Assembly: GCA_034226945.1 (NCBI GenBank)
Contig: CP120460.1
Coordinates: forward strand, 310,001-374,000
Length of the DNA stretch: 64,000 nucleotides
DNA from: Picochlorum sp. SENEW3
Taxonomy: Eukaryota
Direction: 5' to 3'
In this document: piece by piece, positions 34,996 to 46,013 of the stretch
Numbering within the stretch: position 1 is the first letter of the stretch
Layout of the letters: each line of letters starts with the position of its first letter
Program-made: the position numbers and the translations under genes
Notes under the pieces: generated by a model
The model's database searches: none
Told to the model about the DNA's origin: nothing
The model's input: only the letters and a program-made list of their open reading frames with translations

Positions 34996-36156
34996 TCAAC
35001 CACCCATCTTTTGATGGGCAAGGTATTGAGAAAGACCTCTTCGGAACAACCCTCGTCTGGATGCGTACAGATCTCGGATAGTACAACATCCCAAGAGAGC
35101 CATGGTTCTTTCGATATCCTGTTGAAGTGATGTCAATGCCTCACAGACACCCTTGTCTCCTCCAAGGCAGAGAGCCCATAGAAATGGTCTACCAACCAGG
35201 ACAGCATCTGCTCCCAAACAAAGACACTTGACGACATCCGTTCCGCGCCGAATTCCTCCATCGACCCACAGAGCGACTTTATTTTTGGCAATGGGAGCAA
35301 TCTCCCTCAAGGATGTCAGGGTTGGCACTGCATAGTCCAGCTGCCTGCCACCGTGGTTGGAGACAATGATGCCATCAACCTTGTAGTAATGGACAGCTTT
35401 GATGGCATCTGCCCTCGACAGAATCCCTTTGAGAATAATGGGCATGGATGTGATTGAGCGTAACCAAGGGATAATTTCCCAAGTTAAGGAATCATCGATG
35501 AGGGAACTGAATGTGCTTCCAAATTTACTCTGCAGCTGCTGTGAATGGTGTGAAGAACTTTGAGACCCGTCAGTGATGCCATACGTTTTCAAAATCTCTA
35601 GTGACAACGAATCAGGCAGCGTGAATGTTTGTCGTTCGTCTGCCTCTCTCTTTCCCAGCCGTGCTGCATCCACAGTCACAACCAATCCCTGAAAGCCCAT
35701 GCTCTCTGCGTCATGAACCATTCTCTCTGTAATGGATCGATCTTTCAAACAATACAGCTGAAAATACAAGTGATCATTCCCCGTCATAACAACGTCCTCC
35801 ATACGACTGGTTGACATGGTGGACAGAATCATGGGGGCACGAAACTGCTGTGCTCCCTTGCTCATGTCCACTTCTCCGCCTGACGGATGCACCAATTTCT
35901 GCATAGCCATTGGTGCAATGATCACTGGACTGGGGTACCGTGTTCCAAGTATCGTGCATTCTGTTGTTACAGATGAAACATCCACCAGCACCCGTGGGAT
36001 GAACATGTACTGCTCAAACTGGGTTCTATTCCATCGTAGCGTGGCCTCGTTCTCAGAACCTGAACACAAGTAACCCAATGCCGACCTTTCTATCAAAGGA
36101 TACGCATCCTTCTCCAGATCTTCAAGGTTACAATATTCTGTATCGTTGATTTTCAT
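34996..36156 (-). CDS. FMN-dependent alpha-hydroxy-acid oxidase (lactate oxidase/glycolate oxidase family)
   Basis: SNHGGRQLD signature, DGGIRRGTDV, FQLY, LGKREAD. Confidence 0.93.
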   Translation of the reverse strand: MKINDTEYCNLEDLEKDAYPLIERSALGYLCSGSENEATLRWNRTQFEQYMFIPRVLVDVSSVTTECTILGTRYPSPVIIAPMAMQKLVHPSGGEVDMSKGAQQFRAPMILSTMSTSRMEDVVMTGNDHLYFQLYCLKDRSITERMVHDAESMGFQGLVVTVDAARLGKREADERQTFTLPDSLSLEILKTYGITDGSQSSSHHSQQLQSKFGSTFSSLIDDSLTWEIIPWLRSITSMPIILKGILSRADAIKAVHYYKVDGIIVSNHGGRQLDYAVPTLTSLREIAPIAKNKVALWVDGGIRRGTDVVKCLCLGADAVLVGRPFLWALCLGGDKGVCEALTSLQQDIERTMALLGCCTIRDLYASRRGLFRRGLSQYLAHQKMGG

Positions 36157-36358
36157 GTCGAGTCAATGAAATAATGTACATTTAAAGTGTCATTTGGTCT
36201 CCTGCAGTATCATTTGTTTCACCACCGAAAGATGGATGCGTTTCGTCCTTCGATGGGATTGGATTCTTATTACATGTATTGATAGGGATCCATGCAATGG
36301 CATGGATTTATATATATCATCGACATTAGTTTTTTTAAATAGTATACATCGCACAAGC

Positions 36359-37129
36359 ATGATGACGATCCGTTCTGTGGGGACAAGTCAGTCGACCATT
36401 ATTGGGTGCCATGTCAGGCCAATAGCCGTATCTTCTTGCATTCAACCCCGATGTGTTCCAATTCACTCATCGAAACAATTTAATGGGTATGGCAGTGGTA
36501 GTTTGCCTAATACAGTCATGCCTGCTGTTCGCAGAGGGACAGTACGCCAAGGTGTGTTTTTTCTTTTGGCCGAATGATGCGTCATAGACTCTGATTCAGT
36601 ATCTCTATTTCATACAGACGTGTGTGCTATGGCGTCAAAATCGGCGTACCAGGGAAGCTTGGTGGGGACTGGTCTGAAATTTGGCATTGTCGTCGGCAGG
36701 TTTAATGACCTCGTGACAAAGCTTCTGCTGGAGGGTGCGCTGGAGGATTTTGAACGACATGGAGTATCACGAGAGGATGTTGATGTTGTGTGGGTTCCAG
36801 GAAGTTTTGAACTTCCTGTGGTGGCGAAATCAATGGCCAAGTCAGGTGCATATGATGCTGTGATTGCTATTGGTGTGGTGGTGAGGGGAGCCACCGCGCA
36901 TTATGATGCCGTTGTGAATGGCGCCACATCAGGCGTGTTAGGAGCATCGACAGACTCTGGTGTGCCAGTTATTTTTGGAGTTTTGACGTGCGATACCATG
37001 GAGCAGGCATTGGATAGAGCAGGCGGTAAAGTTGGGAATAAAGGTGGCGAGGCTGCAGTCACTGCCATTGAGACTGCCAGTGTGTTGAAACAGCTTCGCA
37101 GCGAAGGAAAGGCTGCTGGGCCTTGGTGA
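36359..37129 (+). CDS. ribH: 6,7-dimethyl-8-ribityllumazine synthase, plastid; exons 36359-36551 and 36618-37129
   Basis: [36 protein letters not shown]; the transit-peptide exon splices in frame. Confidence 0.95.
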
Positions 37130-37308
37130 TATTATATATAAGGTATAATTCATAATTTGGTAATATTATTTCAAGAAGATGAATGAAAAGTATGTTCAAG
37201 TACGGTCAAATCTGAATGTGGATGGACGGGGGTATATGCATGTGTCATCGGGGCGGGTAAAACGCGTATCGTCTATGGACAGGGAAATATGCGTATTCAT
37301 TTACTGTT

Positions 37309-38340
37309 TTACTCCTGCTTAAACTTCATGCTCCAGCTCTCGTAGGCCTTGGCAATGTTGGCCTTGGCATCAGAGAGCTTGGACTCGAGCTCGGCGCTCT
37401 TGGACTCCAAGTGTCCTGCAAAGTCAAACTCTGGACGTGGGGCCCATGAGTGAGTGAAGCTCTTTTTCTCCCACGTTGGGGTCCATCCATCAATCATAGA
37501 CTGAATCTTAGCCTTGGTCTCCTCGAATGCCATGGTATGGTTCTTGGACATTCCAGAAAGACGTCTTCCAGTCTTGGTGTGCTTGAAGGCACCCAGGAAT
37601 GTGGCCATGGTCTCTTCGAAGGACACTCTAAGCTCCTCAATCTTTGCCTCGACGTCATACTCGGCGTGCTTTCCTTCCCAAGCGGCACTGACGGAATCCA
37701 TCTTGGCCTCGGCAGTTGCCAAAATAGCATCAGCCTTCTCGTTGGCAGCAGCAACAATCTCCTCAACTCTGGATGCCCAGTCCACGTTGGCTCCCTTCAT
37801 CATAAAGCGAGCCTTCTTTGATGCTACAGCGGCCTCAGTGAGGTTCTGGAATGCCTCAAGAGCATCAATAATGTACTCACCGGTGATGTTGACCAATGGA
37901 GCAAGGTTGGCCTTTGCTTCGGCGTGGATGGCCTCCATTCTCTCGATGAATTCACCAAAGTACTCTGGAGTTGGTCCTCCATGCTGCACACGCAAGAATA
38001 ATCACACTGTTATATACCAATCGGTCAAAGGTTTTGACACGTGGCGGCGGGAATTCCAGCAGGGCGGGAAGCGACCGCCACCAAAGGGAGGAACACCCAC
38101 CCGCACGTCCGCGGGTGAATGGGCAGGGCTAGTCAGAAAGAAATAATCGTACAGTGAAAGTGGCGTTGGTTGGAGCAACTGCAGACAACAGAAGACGGAC
38201 ATGGTTGTTAGAGATACGTTGTTGATATCAGCGCCCACAGCAATCGACGACTGCCGCAGTCAGTATGGTGGAATATCTGGCAAGCCCGTACCTGCTCCGG
38301 CGAAAAGAGCGACAAGCAAGACACTGAATACAGTCTTCAT
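37309..38340 (-). CDS. Secreted amphipathic alpha-helical protein of unknown function; exons 38340-38292, 38178-38153 and 37983-37309
   Basis: Spliced N-terminus MKTVFSVLLVALFAGA|VAPTNATFT|HGGPT; both introns are GT..GCAG and in frame; N-glycan sequons; GRRLS motif; high-expression-type codon bias. Confidence 0.8.
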
Positions 38341-38896
38341 GATTTAAAAATGAATATCGAATCGATAATGCTCTTGTGAGAGTGATTTACTGACTATTGA
38401 GTTTCCAGACCATGATGAGCCATGACGAGTCTGACAGCATTGGCAAAGGCGATCTGATCATTTTACACGTATGCTTTCTCGGACAGATCGAGGCACGCAC
38501 ATACAGGGTACTTGGATGATCCCGAGCATAGTAGGGATTATGCTGATGCATGGGGGTACCTGGGGATATTAGCGAACAGGTTTACACGGGATAGCTGGAA
38601 TGGATCGCCTCGCGCGATGCCTATGCATGCAATAGCATGGAGAGGCATGTGATCATGCATGGTGGATGGCAGCCAGCCATGGTCTGGCTAGGATATTATA
38701 TTGTTTTATGTGCGTTACATGGGTCAGAAATGAGCCTCTTTTGCAGAGGGATCAACCCGGAAGAGGGTCAGAATCGCATGTCCGTTTGGAACATGTGTGA
38801 TGATGTATGAATATGAATACAGGGTGTGCATGGGTGCAAAGGTCAATGGGGTGGAGGGTATGGTATGATATTCCAAGTACGCGCATGTATGGTCCA

Positions 38897-39433
38897 CTAT
38901 TTCTTTCCATAGTATTTCTTTGCAGAGTATTTCTTTGCAAAGTAATTCTTGAATACTGGCTTGTAATCATGGTCCAAGTCCTTGTTCTTCTTCAAGCCAT
39001 ACTTCCCATACTTGAAAAATGGCTTGTAATCATGGTCCAAGTCCTTGTTCTTCTTCAAGCCATACTTCCAGTGCTTGAATACTGGCTTGTAATCATGGTC
39101 CAAGTCCTTGTTCTTCTTCAAGCCATACTTCCCGTACTTGAAAAATGGCTTGTAATCATGGTCCACGGCCTTGTTCTTCTTCCAGCCTGACCAGTTCTTG
39201 GTATAACCCTTGTACTTCAAACCAGTCAACTCCCTGGCGGCGCGAGCATCCACTGCACACATACATCACGGTCGAATCGCATGAGATGGTAAGCACATCG
39301 TACATCAATCACATAGAAGCATGCATCTGCACACACAAGGACCACTCCTTGTGCTCTGCAGGTTGCAGAACCTCTACCACAACATACCTGCTGCCATCAC
39401 AAGCAAAAGCACCAAGCACACGTAGCAGAACAT
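38897..39433 (-). CDS. Small secreted Lys/Tyr-rich repeat protein; exons 39433-39388 and 39252-38897
   Basis: MFCYVCLVLLLVMAA|VDARAARELTG, then 21-aa repeats KKNKDLDHDYKP(F/V)FK(YG/HW)KYGL, ending YYGKK. Confidence 0.8.
38949..39181 (-). repeat. 63-nt coding tandem repeat (about 3.7 units, alternating A/B variants)
   Basis: tggcttgtaatcatggtcca recurs every 63 nt. Confidence 0.92.
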
Positions 39434-39891
39434 CTTTAAAGTGTTTCTCGAAGCGATTCAAGTCACCAAGAATTGAAAATATTATTTAATAATGCAAAAC
39501 CCGACTGCATTTCTGCCATCTATCACAGATCAGATCGAATTTCTGGCATCAGCATCGTCTGAGAATTTGCCATCTGGCATAACAGTCTAGGATTGATCAG
39601 ATGAAGGTTCCACTGGAGGTGATCCTTCAATCGCATCCATCCAAAATTCAAATTTCATCCATGTGGGTATTCGACTGAATTCGGGTACCACAGTGGTCTG
39701 TAAACATGCACTAAAATGACACAAAGCCAGAGAAGCATTATGTTGCATGGTTTGTTCATTCAGTCTTGATAAGGCGGATACGTTGAGTGTCAAACATGCG
39801 TGTATTCGTGATATATACTGTATTCCAGGTATAAATCTACCCGTTTGTCACTGAATACATTGTTCCGCTTTAATACACCCGCCAACGAGTC

Positions 39892-41295
39892 GTGATGGTG
39901 AAAATACTAAAGCCAGTCAAGGCCAGGCCTCAGAAGCCTTTCTTGTTGATCTTCATTTTGCTTCTTGTCCCTTCGATGCTCATATTGTTTCGCCTCGAGA
40001 CGCTTAAAGATGTTTATGAGATTCAAGGGGATGGATCTGATTCCTCTGGTGACGCCGCTGTGCAAAAGACCAGAAGTCACAAACTTGGGGGAAGATCTGA
40101 TGCCTGGCTTCCAATTGTTGTTGCTGATTGTGACGGTCTTGATCCGCGGTCTGCTCCTTGTTTAAAGGCGACAAACAAAGTATCTAATATGATCTCTGCA
40201 CATGAGCTCGTATATAGACCTTTCAAACTTGCTATACCGGGATTTATAAATGAGACCCAAAAGGAGAAATGGGTGGAAGCTGTGATGCATGATGCTGGCT
40301 TGCAGAACAGGATGATGCTCAGAGTGGATGAGGGAAAAGCCGTGTATCCTGCTCAATTTGGTCAGAATTTGGTGTTCGAGAATGCCCAATATACTGGAAT
40401 ACCTCCACCAGATCTTTGGAGAGAGGACTCTTGTATGGGGGGTGGAGCAGCATCTCACAAACAGTTTCTTAATCCTGTGAATGTATCAGAGCTAGATGAT
40501 GCATATGAGGCTTTGGTGATTGCTACAGTCCCCGACTCGTGGAGTTGGCAGCACTTTTTAGACAGGGTCACCGTGATATGGAGTCAGGCAATGCTTGGTG
40601 CAGAGGATTCATTCAAGGGTGATAACATCACGATTGTATCAGGACGAGAACCTCAACAGCGTGTAAATGAACTGTATGAGATCATGCGGGTAAAACATGT
40701 TCACAGGGTTTCACGTGCAGTAGCAAAGAAGGTGGTATTTTCTTGCCGAGCCCCCCTGATTCATCCATTCACAAGCCAGAGGTTCAACGACCTTATTGGT
40801 TGGAGACCTACTCCATTGAAGGATAGAAATGTTGTGTTGATGATGCCGCGTTCGCATAGTCGACAAATTATGAACCAGGATGAATTGAACAACAGAGTGG
40901 AGGCACTGCTTAGGATGCGTGGGAAAGATGAGGTATTTCAAGTATTTGATCAAGACCAATTCGCAGATATGGTTGAGATCATCACCTTCATGAGAAATCG
41001 TGTGAAAATGGTGATTGGGCCACATGGAGGTGCCATGTATAATATTCGGTTTGCATCACCAGCTGCAGTGCTCTTGGAGTTCATGCCAACACAAAGGTTT
41101 CAGCCTGTTTTCTGGGAGACTGCCAGGCTATTTGAGCACCATTATTACTTCTACTTCTGTGAAAGCTTGAACTCACAGCATAATATGGTCATAGAGGACT
41201 TGAATGAGGTTGTTGGTTGGATAGATGACATTCTCAATGCCCAGGAACATAGTCAATTGCCCGCAGTAGAGCCCCAATATGATTGGCAGGTGTAA
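39892..41295 (+). CDS. Glycosyltransferase family 61 (DUF563-like), type II membrane protein
   Basis: N-terminal anchor FLLIFILLLVPSMLILF, SWQHFLD, RQIMNQDEL, IGPHGGAMYNIRFA..VLLEFMP. The ATG is at 39895. Confidence 0.82.
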   Translation: MMVKILKPVKARPQKPFLLIFILLLVPSMLILFRLETLKDVYEIQGDGSDSSGDAAVQKTRSHKLGGRSDAWLPIVVADCDGLDPRSAPCLKATNKVSNMISAHELVYRPFKLAIPGFINETQKEKWVEAVMHDAGLQNRMMLRVDEGKAVYPAQFGQNLVFENAQYTGIPPPDLWREDSCMGGGAASHKQFLNPVNVSELDDAYEALVIATVPDSWSWQHFLDRVTVIWSQAMLGAEDSFKGDNITIVSGREPQQRVNELYEIMRVKHVHRVSRAVAKKVVFSCRAPLIHPFTSQRFNDLIGWRPTPLKDRNVVLMMPRSHSRQIMNQDELNNRVEALLRMRGKDEVFQVFDQDQFADMVEIITFMRNRVKMVIGPHGGAMYNIRFASPAAVLLEFMPTQRFQPVFWETARLFEHHYYFYFCESLNSQHNMVIEDLNEVVGWIDDILNAQEHSQLPAVEPQYDWQV

Positions 41296-41547
41296 TGTAT
41301 TCAAGAAGCAAATTAGGCAGCTAAACAACTGTAGCTGGGATGGATACAAATCAATTCATTTATATTATTAAACGCGAATGTAGTATTATCAGTGTCTTGC
41401 ATGGAATAAAGGTACAATCATTTTCTTGGTGCGATGAAAGGGCTTCATGCAGCCCAATGGCTTGGTATAAACCTTCACCTGTGGGAATCTCTCCACAGAA
41501 AGGGAACATGTACATCTGACTCCATGGAAACCTCCACAATATATGAA

Positions 41548-42065
41548 TTAGGCATGGGTGGCTCCATTTTTCTTCCAAGATGGCTTGTTCCAGGTGAAAT
41601 GCTTACCTCCTTTCGTGCCATGGAAACCTCCGTTTGTGTGGGCTGGCTTATCCCAACTCCAGCCGTTGTTTTTGTTGCCTTTCATACCATTGACAGTATG
41701 CAAAGAGTTGCTCCAAGTCATTCCATTATTTTTCATCGTTGTATGACCTCCCATTTTGGTTTTCATTGGCTTGTTCCAAGCCAAACCATTGTTTTTCATC
41801 GTTGTATGACCTCCCATGTTGGTCTTCATCGGCTTGTCCCATGTCCATGACTTGGCTGACAATGTTCGGGCAGGATGAGCATTGACTGAGCCAACTACAG
41901 TGTTACCAGTGTTACAAATGAGGGAATTAATAGTAAAATAAACACTTCAGGGCTTTGAATGCCCCAAACTGTACACTCAAGTCGCGAAAAAGTGAAGTTC
42001 GATGATCAAGGGCACGTACCAGCTGCAATCAATAGAACCAACAGGAAGCAGAAACCATAGAACAT
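41548..42065 (-). CDS. Small secreted Trp/Lys/His/Gly-rich repeat protein; exons 42065-42020 and 41894-41548
   Basis: MFYGFCFLLVLLIAA|VGSVNAHPARTLSAKSW, then ~21-aa units such as W(D/N)KPMKTxMGGHTTMKNNG. Confidence 0.78.
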
Positions 42066-42581
42066 TGTGATAGACTCTGCTTTCAAGCGTGAATGGACGA
42101 CTCGATGCCAAAGTGTTTTTTCAGTAATATTTTATCCAGTCTGATTGAATGAATCCGATGGTATATGCATACGTGTGATTGTTCCCTCTGAGTCAGCTCT
42201 GTTTCATGAGCAGAGATTTTGCCAACTGGCCTCTAGGAGGCTGTCTAGGATGGATTCCTTACAGTCATCACATGCACATGCGTATGCTTTCCGATGCTTA
42301 TGATCGACGCACATCAGTTTACGTATCTGCCTTGATTTGTTAAACGTATCATGGTATATATAATATTCAATTCATACTCTCCCACTGTCATTGCGGGATG
42401 TCTTGATGACGGAAAGATTTCATGCACCAATACTCCAGCTTGACAATGTCCTTTAGCTTTTCATGGCTAATCAAGGTATATTTTATGTTGAGAAGACTTG
42501 TGCAAAACGACGGAAATGCCACAGTCAGGTAGCAAAGTCCAATGGTTCCTCCATAATTTGGTCAGTTAACTGCAACACCAG

Positions 42582-44787
42582 TTATTCTGAGGAAGGACTG
42601 ACCGTAAGCTGTGGAAGGAGAACACCGTCGATGACAAAAATCTGTCCATTGGACGCTGGAACTGTGTCCAAGATATTGATCACCTGGCCTGAACCGTCCG
42701 TCACAGTGGATCCGCTCACATCAATTGTGGCTCCCTGAAGGGTGGTCACAACGCCACTCAAAGGAGTGTCGCAGGAGGCACCATCGACGACCACATGGTA
42801 GGACAACACCTGAGCCAACAACTCGGTATCGGCGAGGAGCTCTTCGGCGGTGATGCCCAATGCAGCAAGAAGGTTGGCAAAGGCCTGGTTGGTTGGTGCA
42901 AACACATCCAATGGGCCCTCGGCAGACAAGGCTTCCACAAATCCAGCAGCCTGCACAGCAGCCACCAAGGTGCTGAAGTCTGGGTTTCCGGCAGCAATCT
43001 CAACAATGTTTTCGGTAGCGTCGCATACTCCCGTGTCTCCCTCTGGGGCTGGGGCCTCCGCGGTGGGTGGCTCAGGGACAGGCTCATCGCCTCCTGGAGC
43101 CTGTGGAAGGAGGACACCGTCGATGACAAAGATCTGTCCATTGGAGGCGGGTACAGCAGCCAAAATATTGATAACCTGACCTGCGGCGTCTGTCACAGTG
43201 GATCCACTCACATCAATTGTGGCTCCCTGAAGGGTGGTCACAACGCCACTCAAAGGAGTGTCGCAGGAGGCACCATCGACGACCACATGGTAGGACAACA
43301 CCTGGGCCAACAACTCGGTATCGGCGAGGAGCTCTTCGCCAGTGATGCCCAATGCAGCAAGAAGGTCGGCAAAGGCCTGGTTGGTTGGTGCAAACACATC
43401 CAATGGGCCCTCGGCAGACAAGGCTTCCACAAATCCAGCAGCCTGCACAGCAGCCACCAAGGTGCTGAAGTCTGGGTTTCCGGCAGCAATCTCAACAATG
43501 TTTTCGGTAGCGTCGCATACTCCCGTGTCGCCCTCTGGGGCTGGGGCCTCCGCGGTGGGTGGCTCAGGGACAGGCTCATCGCCTCCTGGAAGGAGAACGC
43601 CATCAATGACAAAGATCTGCCCATTGGACGCTGGAACTGTGGCCAAGATATTGATCACCTGACCAGCGGCGTCCGTCACAGTGGATCCACTCACATCAAT
43701 TGTGGCTCCCTGAAGGGTGGTCACAACGCCACTCAAAGGAGTGTCGCAGGAGGCACCATCGACGACCACATGGTAGGACAACACCTGGGCCAACAACTCG
43801 GTATCGGCGAGGAGCTCTTCGCCAGTGATGCCCAATGCAGCAAGAAGGTCGGCAAAGGCCTGGTTGGTTGGTGCAAACACATCCAATGGGCCCTCGGCAG
43901 ACAAGGCTTCCACAAATCCAGCAGCCTGCACAGCAGCCACCAAGGTGCTGAAGTCTGGGTTTCCGGCAGCAATCTCAACAATGTTTTCGGTAGCGTCGCA
44001 TACTCCCGTGTCGCCCTCTGGGGCTGGGGCCTCCGCGGTGGGTGGCTCAGGGACAGGCTCATCGCCTCCTGGAAGGAGAACACCGTCAATGACAAAGATC
44101 TGCCCATTGGACGCTGGAACTGTGGCCATGATATTGATCACCTGACCAGCGGCGTCCGTCACAGTGGATCCACTCACATCAATTGTGGCTCCCTGAAGGG
44201 TGGTCACAACGCCACTCAAAGGAGTGTCGCAGGAGGCACCATCGACGACCACATGATATGACAACACCTGGGCCAACAACTCGGTATCGGCGAGGAGCTC
44301 TTCGGCGGTGATGCCCAATGCAGCAAGAAGGTTGGCAAAGGCCTGGTTGGTTGGTGCAAACACATCCAATGGGCCCTCGGCAGACAAGGCTTCCACAAAT
44401 CCAGCAGCCTGCACAGCAGCCACCAAGGTGCTGAAGTCTGGGTTTCCAGCAGCAATCTCAACAATGTTTTCGGCAGCATCGCATACTCCCGTGTCTCCCT
44501 CTGGGGCTGGCACATCGCCTGCTGGTGATGGTGCCATCTTGTGGTGGGACCACCACTTGCCCCATGCCGGCCATGCCTTGTGATGACCAAAGGAATTCAG
44601 GCTCCTCGTCGCCCCAGCCATCGCTGGAGTTGCTGCACAATCAAAGAGCAATATTATATGAGCACATAGATCTTGAAACCGAATTTGTCAAGTGGACAAT
44701 AAGAGAACGTGTCAAACCACACGTGGGTGCCCACATACCTGCACCCACAAGTGCTGCAACAAGCATCAAACTCAGTATGAACTTCAT
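42582..44787 (-). CDS. Secreted fasciclin protein with four FAS1 domains and Pro/Ala-rich linkers; exons 44787-44739 and 44632-42582
   Basis: Signal exon MKFILSLMLVAALVGA; FSTLVAAV, VFAPTNQAF (H1), LSYHVV, ASNGQIFVIDGVLLP (H2) four times. Confidence 0.95.
42611..44510 (-). repeat. Four near-identical 483-492 bp tandem units (FAS1 domains)
   Basis: Identical shadow ORFs start at 42850, 43342, 43825 and 44308 (spacings 492, 483, 483). Confidence 0.95.
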
Positions 44788-45656
44788 TCTGTCTGCTGAA
44801 CTTCTACTTCAGGCTTTCTCACTCACAAAAAAATTCCTGATTGTTTCGGATAATGGCGGTGAACAGAGTGTTGGATGATTTATGGCGCTGACGATGCCAT
44901 TGGGTTAAATCCACCTGGCATTCTAGGCAGTTTTCTTGGAAGGTGTTAAACATGAAGCCACCCTGAATGATCTCGCCAATCTTGAAACCTCTGACAATGT
45001 AGCAGGCATCTTTCTATCATGTAAAAACTAGAATATATATTTTGGATAGGCGAAAGGTAAACAGTACATTCATTTCGCTTGCAATCGTAGCACCTCAGTG
45101 TGAGTTGCAGTCGTACACCACAAGAGTACTACCAGCTGGATCCATATCATCCTCTTGATGTTCAAGAGAGATCGCATTGGCCAGATCCTCACAGCAAGGA
45201 TACTTTATGCAGTTACAAGGGCGGAGAAAGCTTGACTGATGGGATCAAGGATATCCAATGAGCCATCGGCCCAACACTGATGCATCTTCCACCCTAGGCA
45301 CTTTTCTGGGATGATGGAAGGGCTCTGCTCAGCGGAAGGTTCCCTTCACGAGCATTCGCATCATAAAATATGAATTAAGAACACAAGTTCTACAATCTGT
45401 TCTTCGTTCGTCCCATGCGATAGGGTCGATCGATTCAACCTCTTTAAAGAATAAATTTCCACCTGAATAACCAATGTCTCTTTCGAGAGCACACAACTCC
45501 CCACAATCCACAAAACCCAAAGAGACACGCTCTCCGTTTAAATACCTGTACAGACGAAACTCTATGTTTTTCCAAAACTGTCTCAATGGATGGCTCAAAG
45601 GACACCATCCATCCATCCATGCCCATAGGACCCAAGAGTGGCAACAAAGTATTACT

Positions 45657-46013
45657 CTACTGGTCAGAAATATGATTTCCTATTGGCTCCCTCCTGAATG
45701 CCCAATCCACCTTGATCTTCCTTCCAAAGAAATCGCTGCCATTCAAAGCATCTATTGCTTTCTTAGCTTCGCTTTCTAGACTATATTCGAGCACAGCATA
45801 GCCTTTCACATAGCCAGTCCTTCGATCCAAAGGCACCTGAATGTACGTCACATCGCCATAATCAGCAAATATATCGTATAAATCCTCTTCTTGAGCTTCC
45901 TCATGGATATTTGTGGCAATAAGAACCCATCCTTCGACAGATTTCGCTGCCATGCCTCTGTCAGATGCGGTTAGAGACTGATTTTCGTTCTGATGGGCTA
46001 CGTCGACATCCAT
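45657..46013 (-). CDS. RBM8A: Exon junction complex RRM protein Y14/RBM8A
   Basis: KSVEGWVL..NIHEEAQEED, LDRRTGYVKGYA, VDWAF. Confidence 0.93.
   Translation of the reverse strand: MDVDVAHQNENQSLTASDRGMAAKSVEGWVLIATNIHEEAQEEDLYDIFADYGDVTYIQVPLDRRTGYVKGYAVLEYSLESEAKKAIDALNGSDFFGRKIKVDWAFRREPIGNHISDQ

Noticed and set aside
38807..39190. Plus-strand hydrophobic repeat ORF, or a CRISPR-like array
   Set aside because: The repeats are contiguous with no unique spacers; the minus strand has the signal exon and splice sites.
42795..44261. 488-aa plus-strand ORF and other repeated ORFs
   Set aside because: Antisense or alternate-frame shadows of the FAS1 repeats.
45100..45650. Short ORFs between the FAS1 and Y14 genes
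   Set aside because: No recognisable product or consistent gene model.
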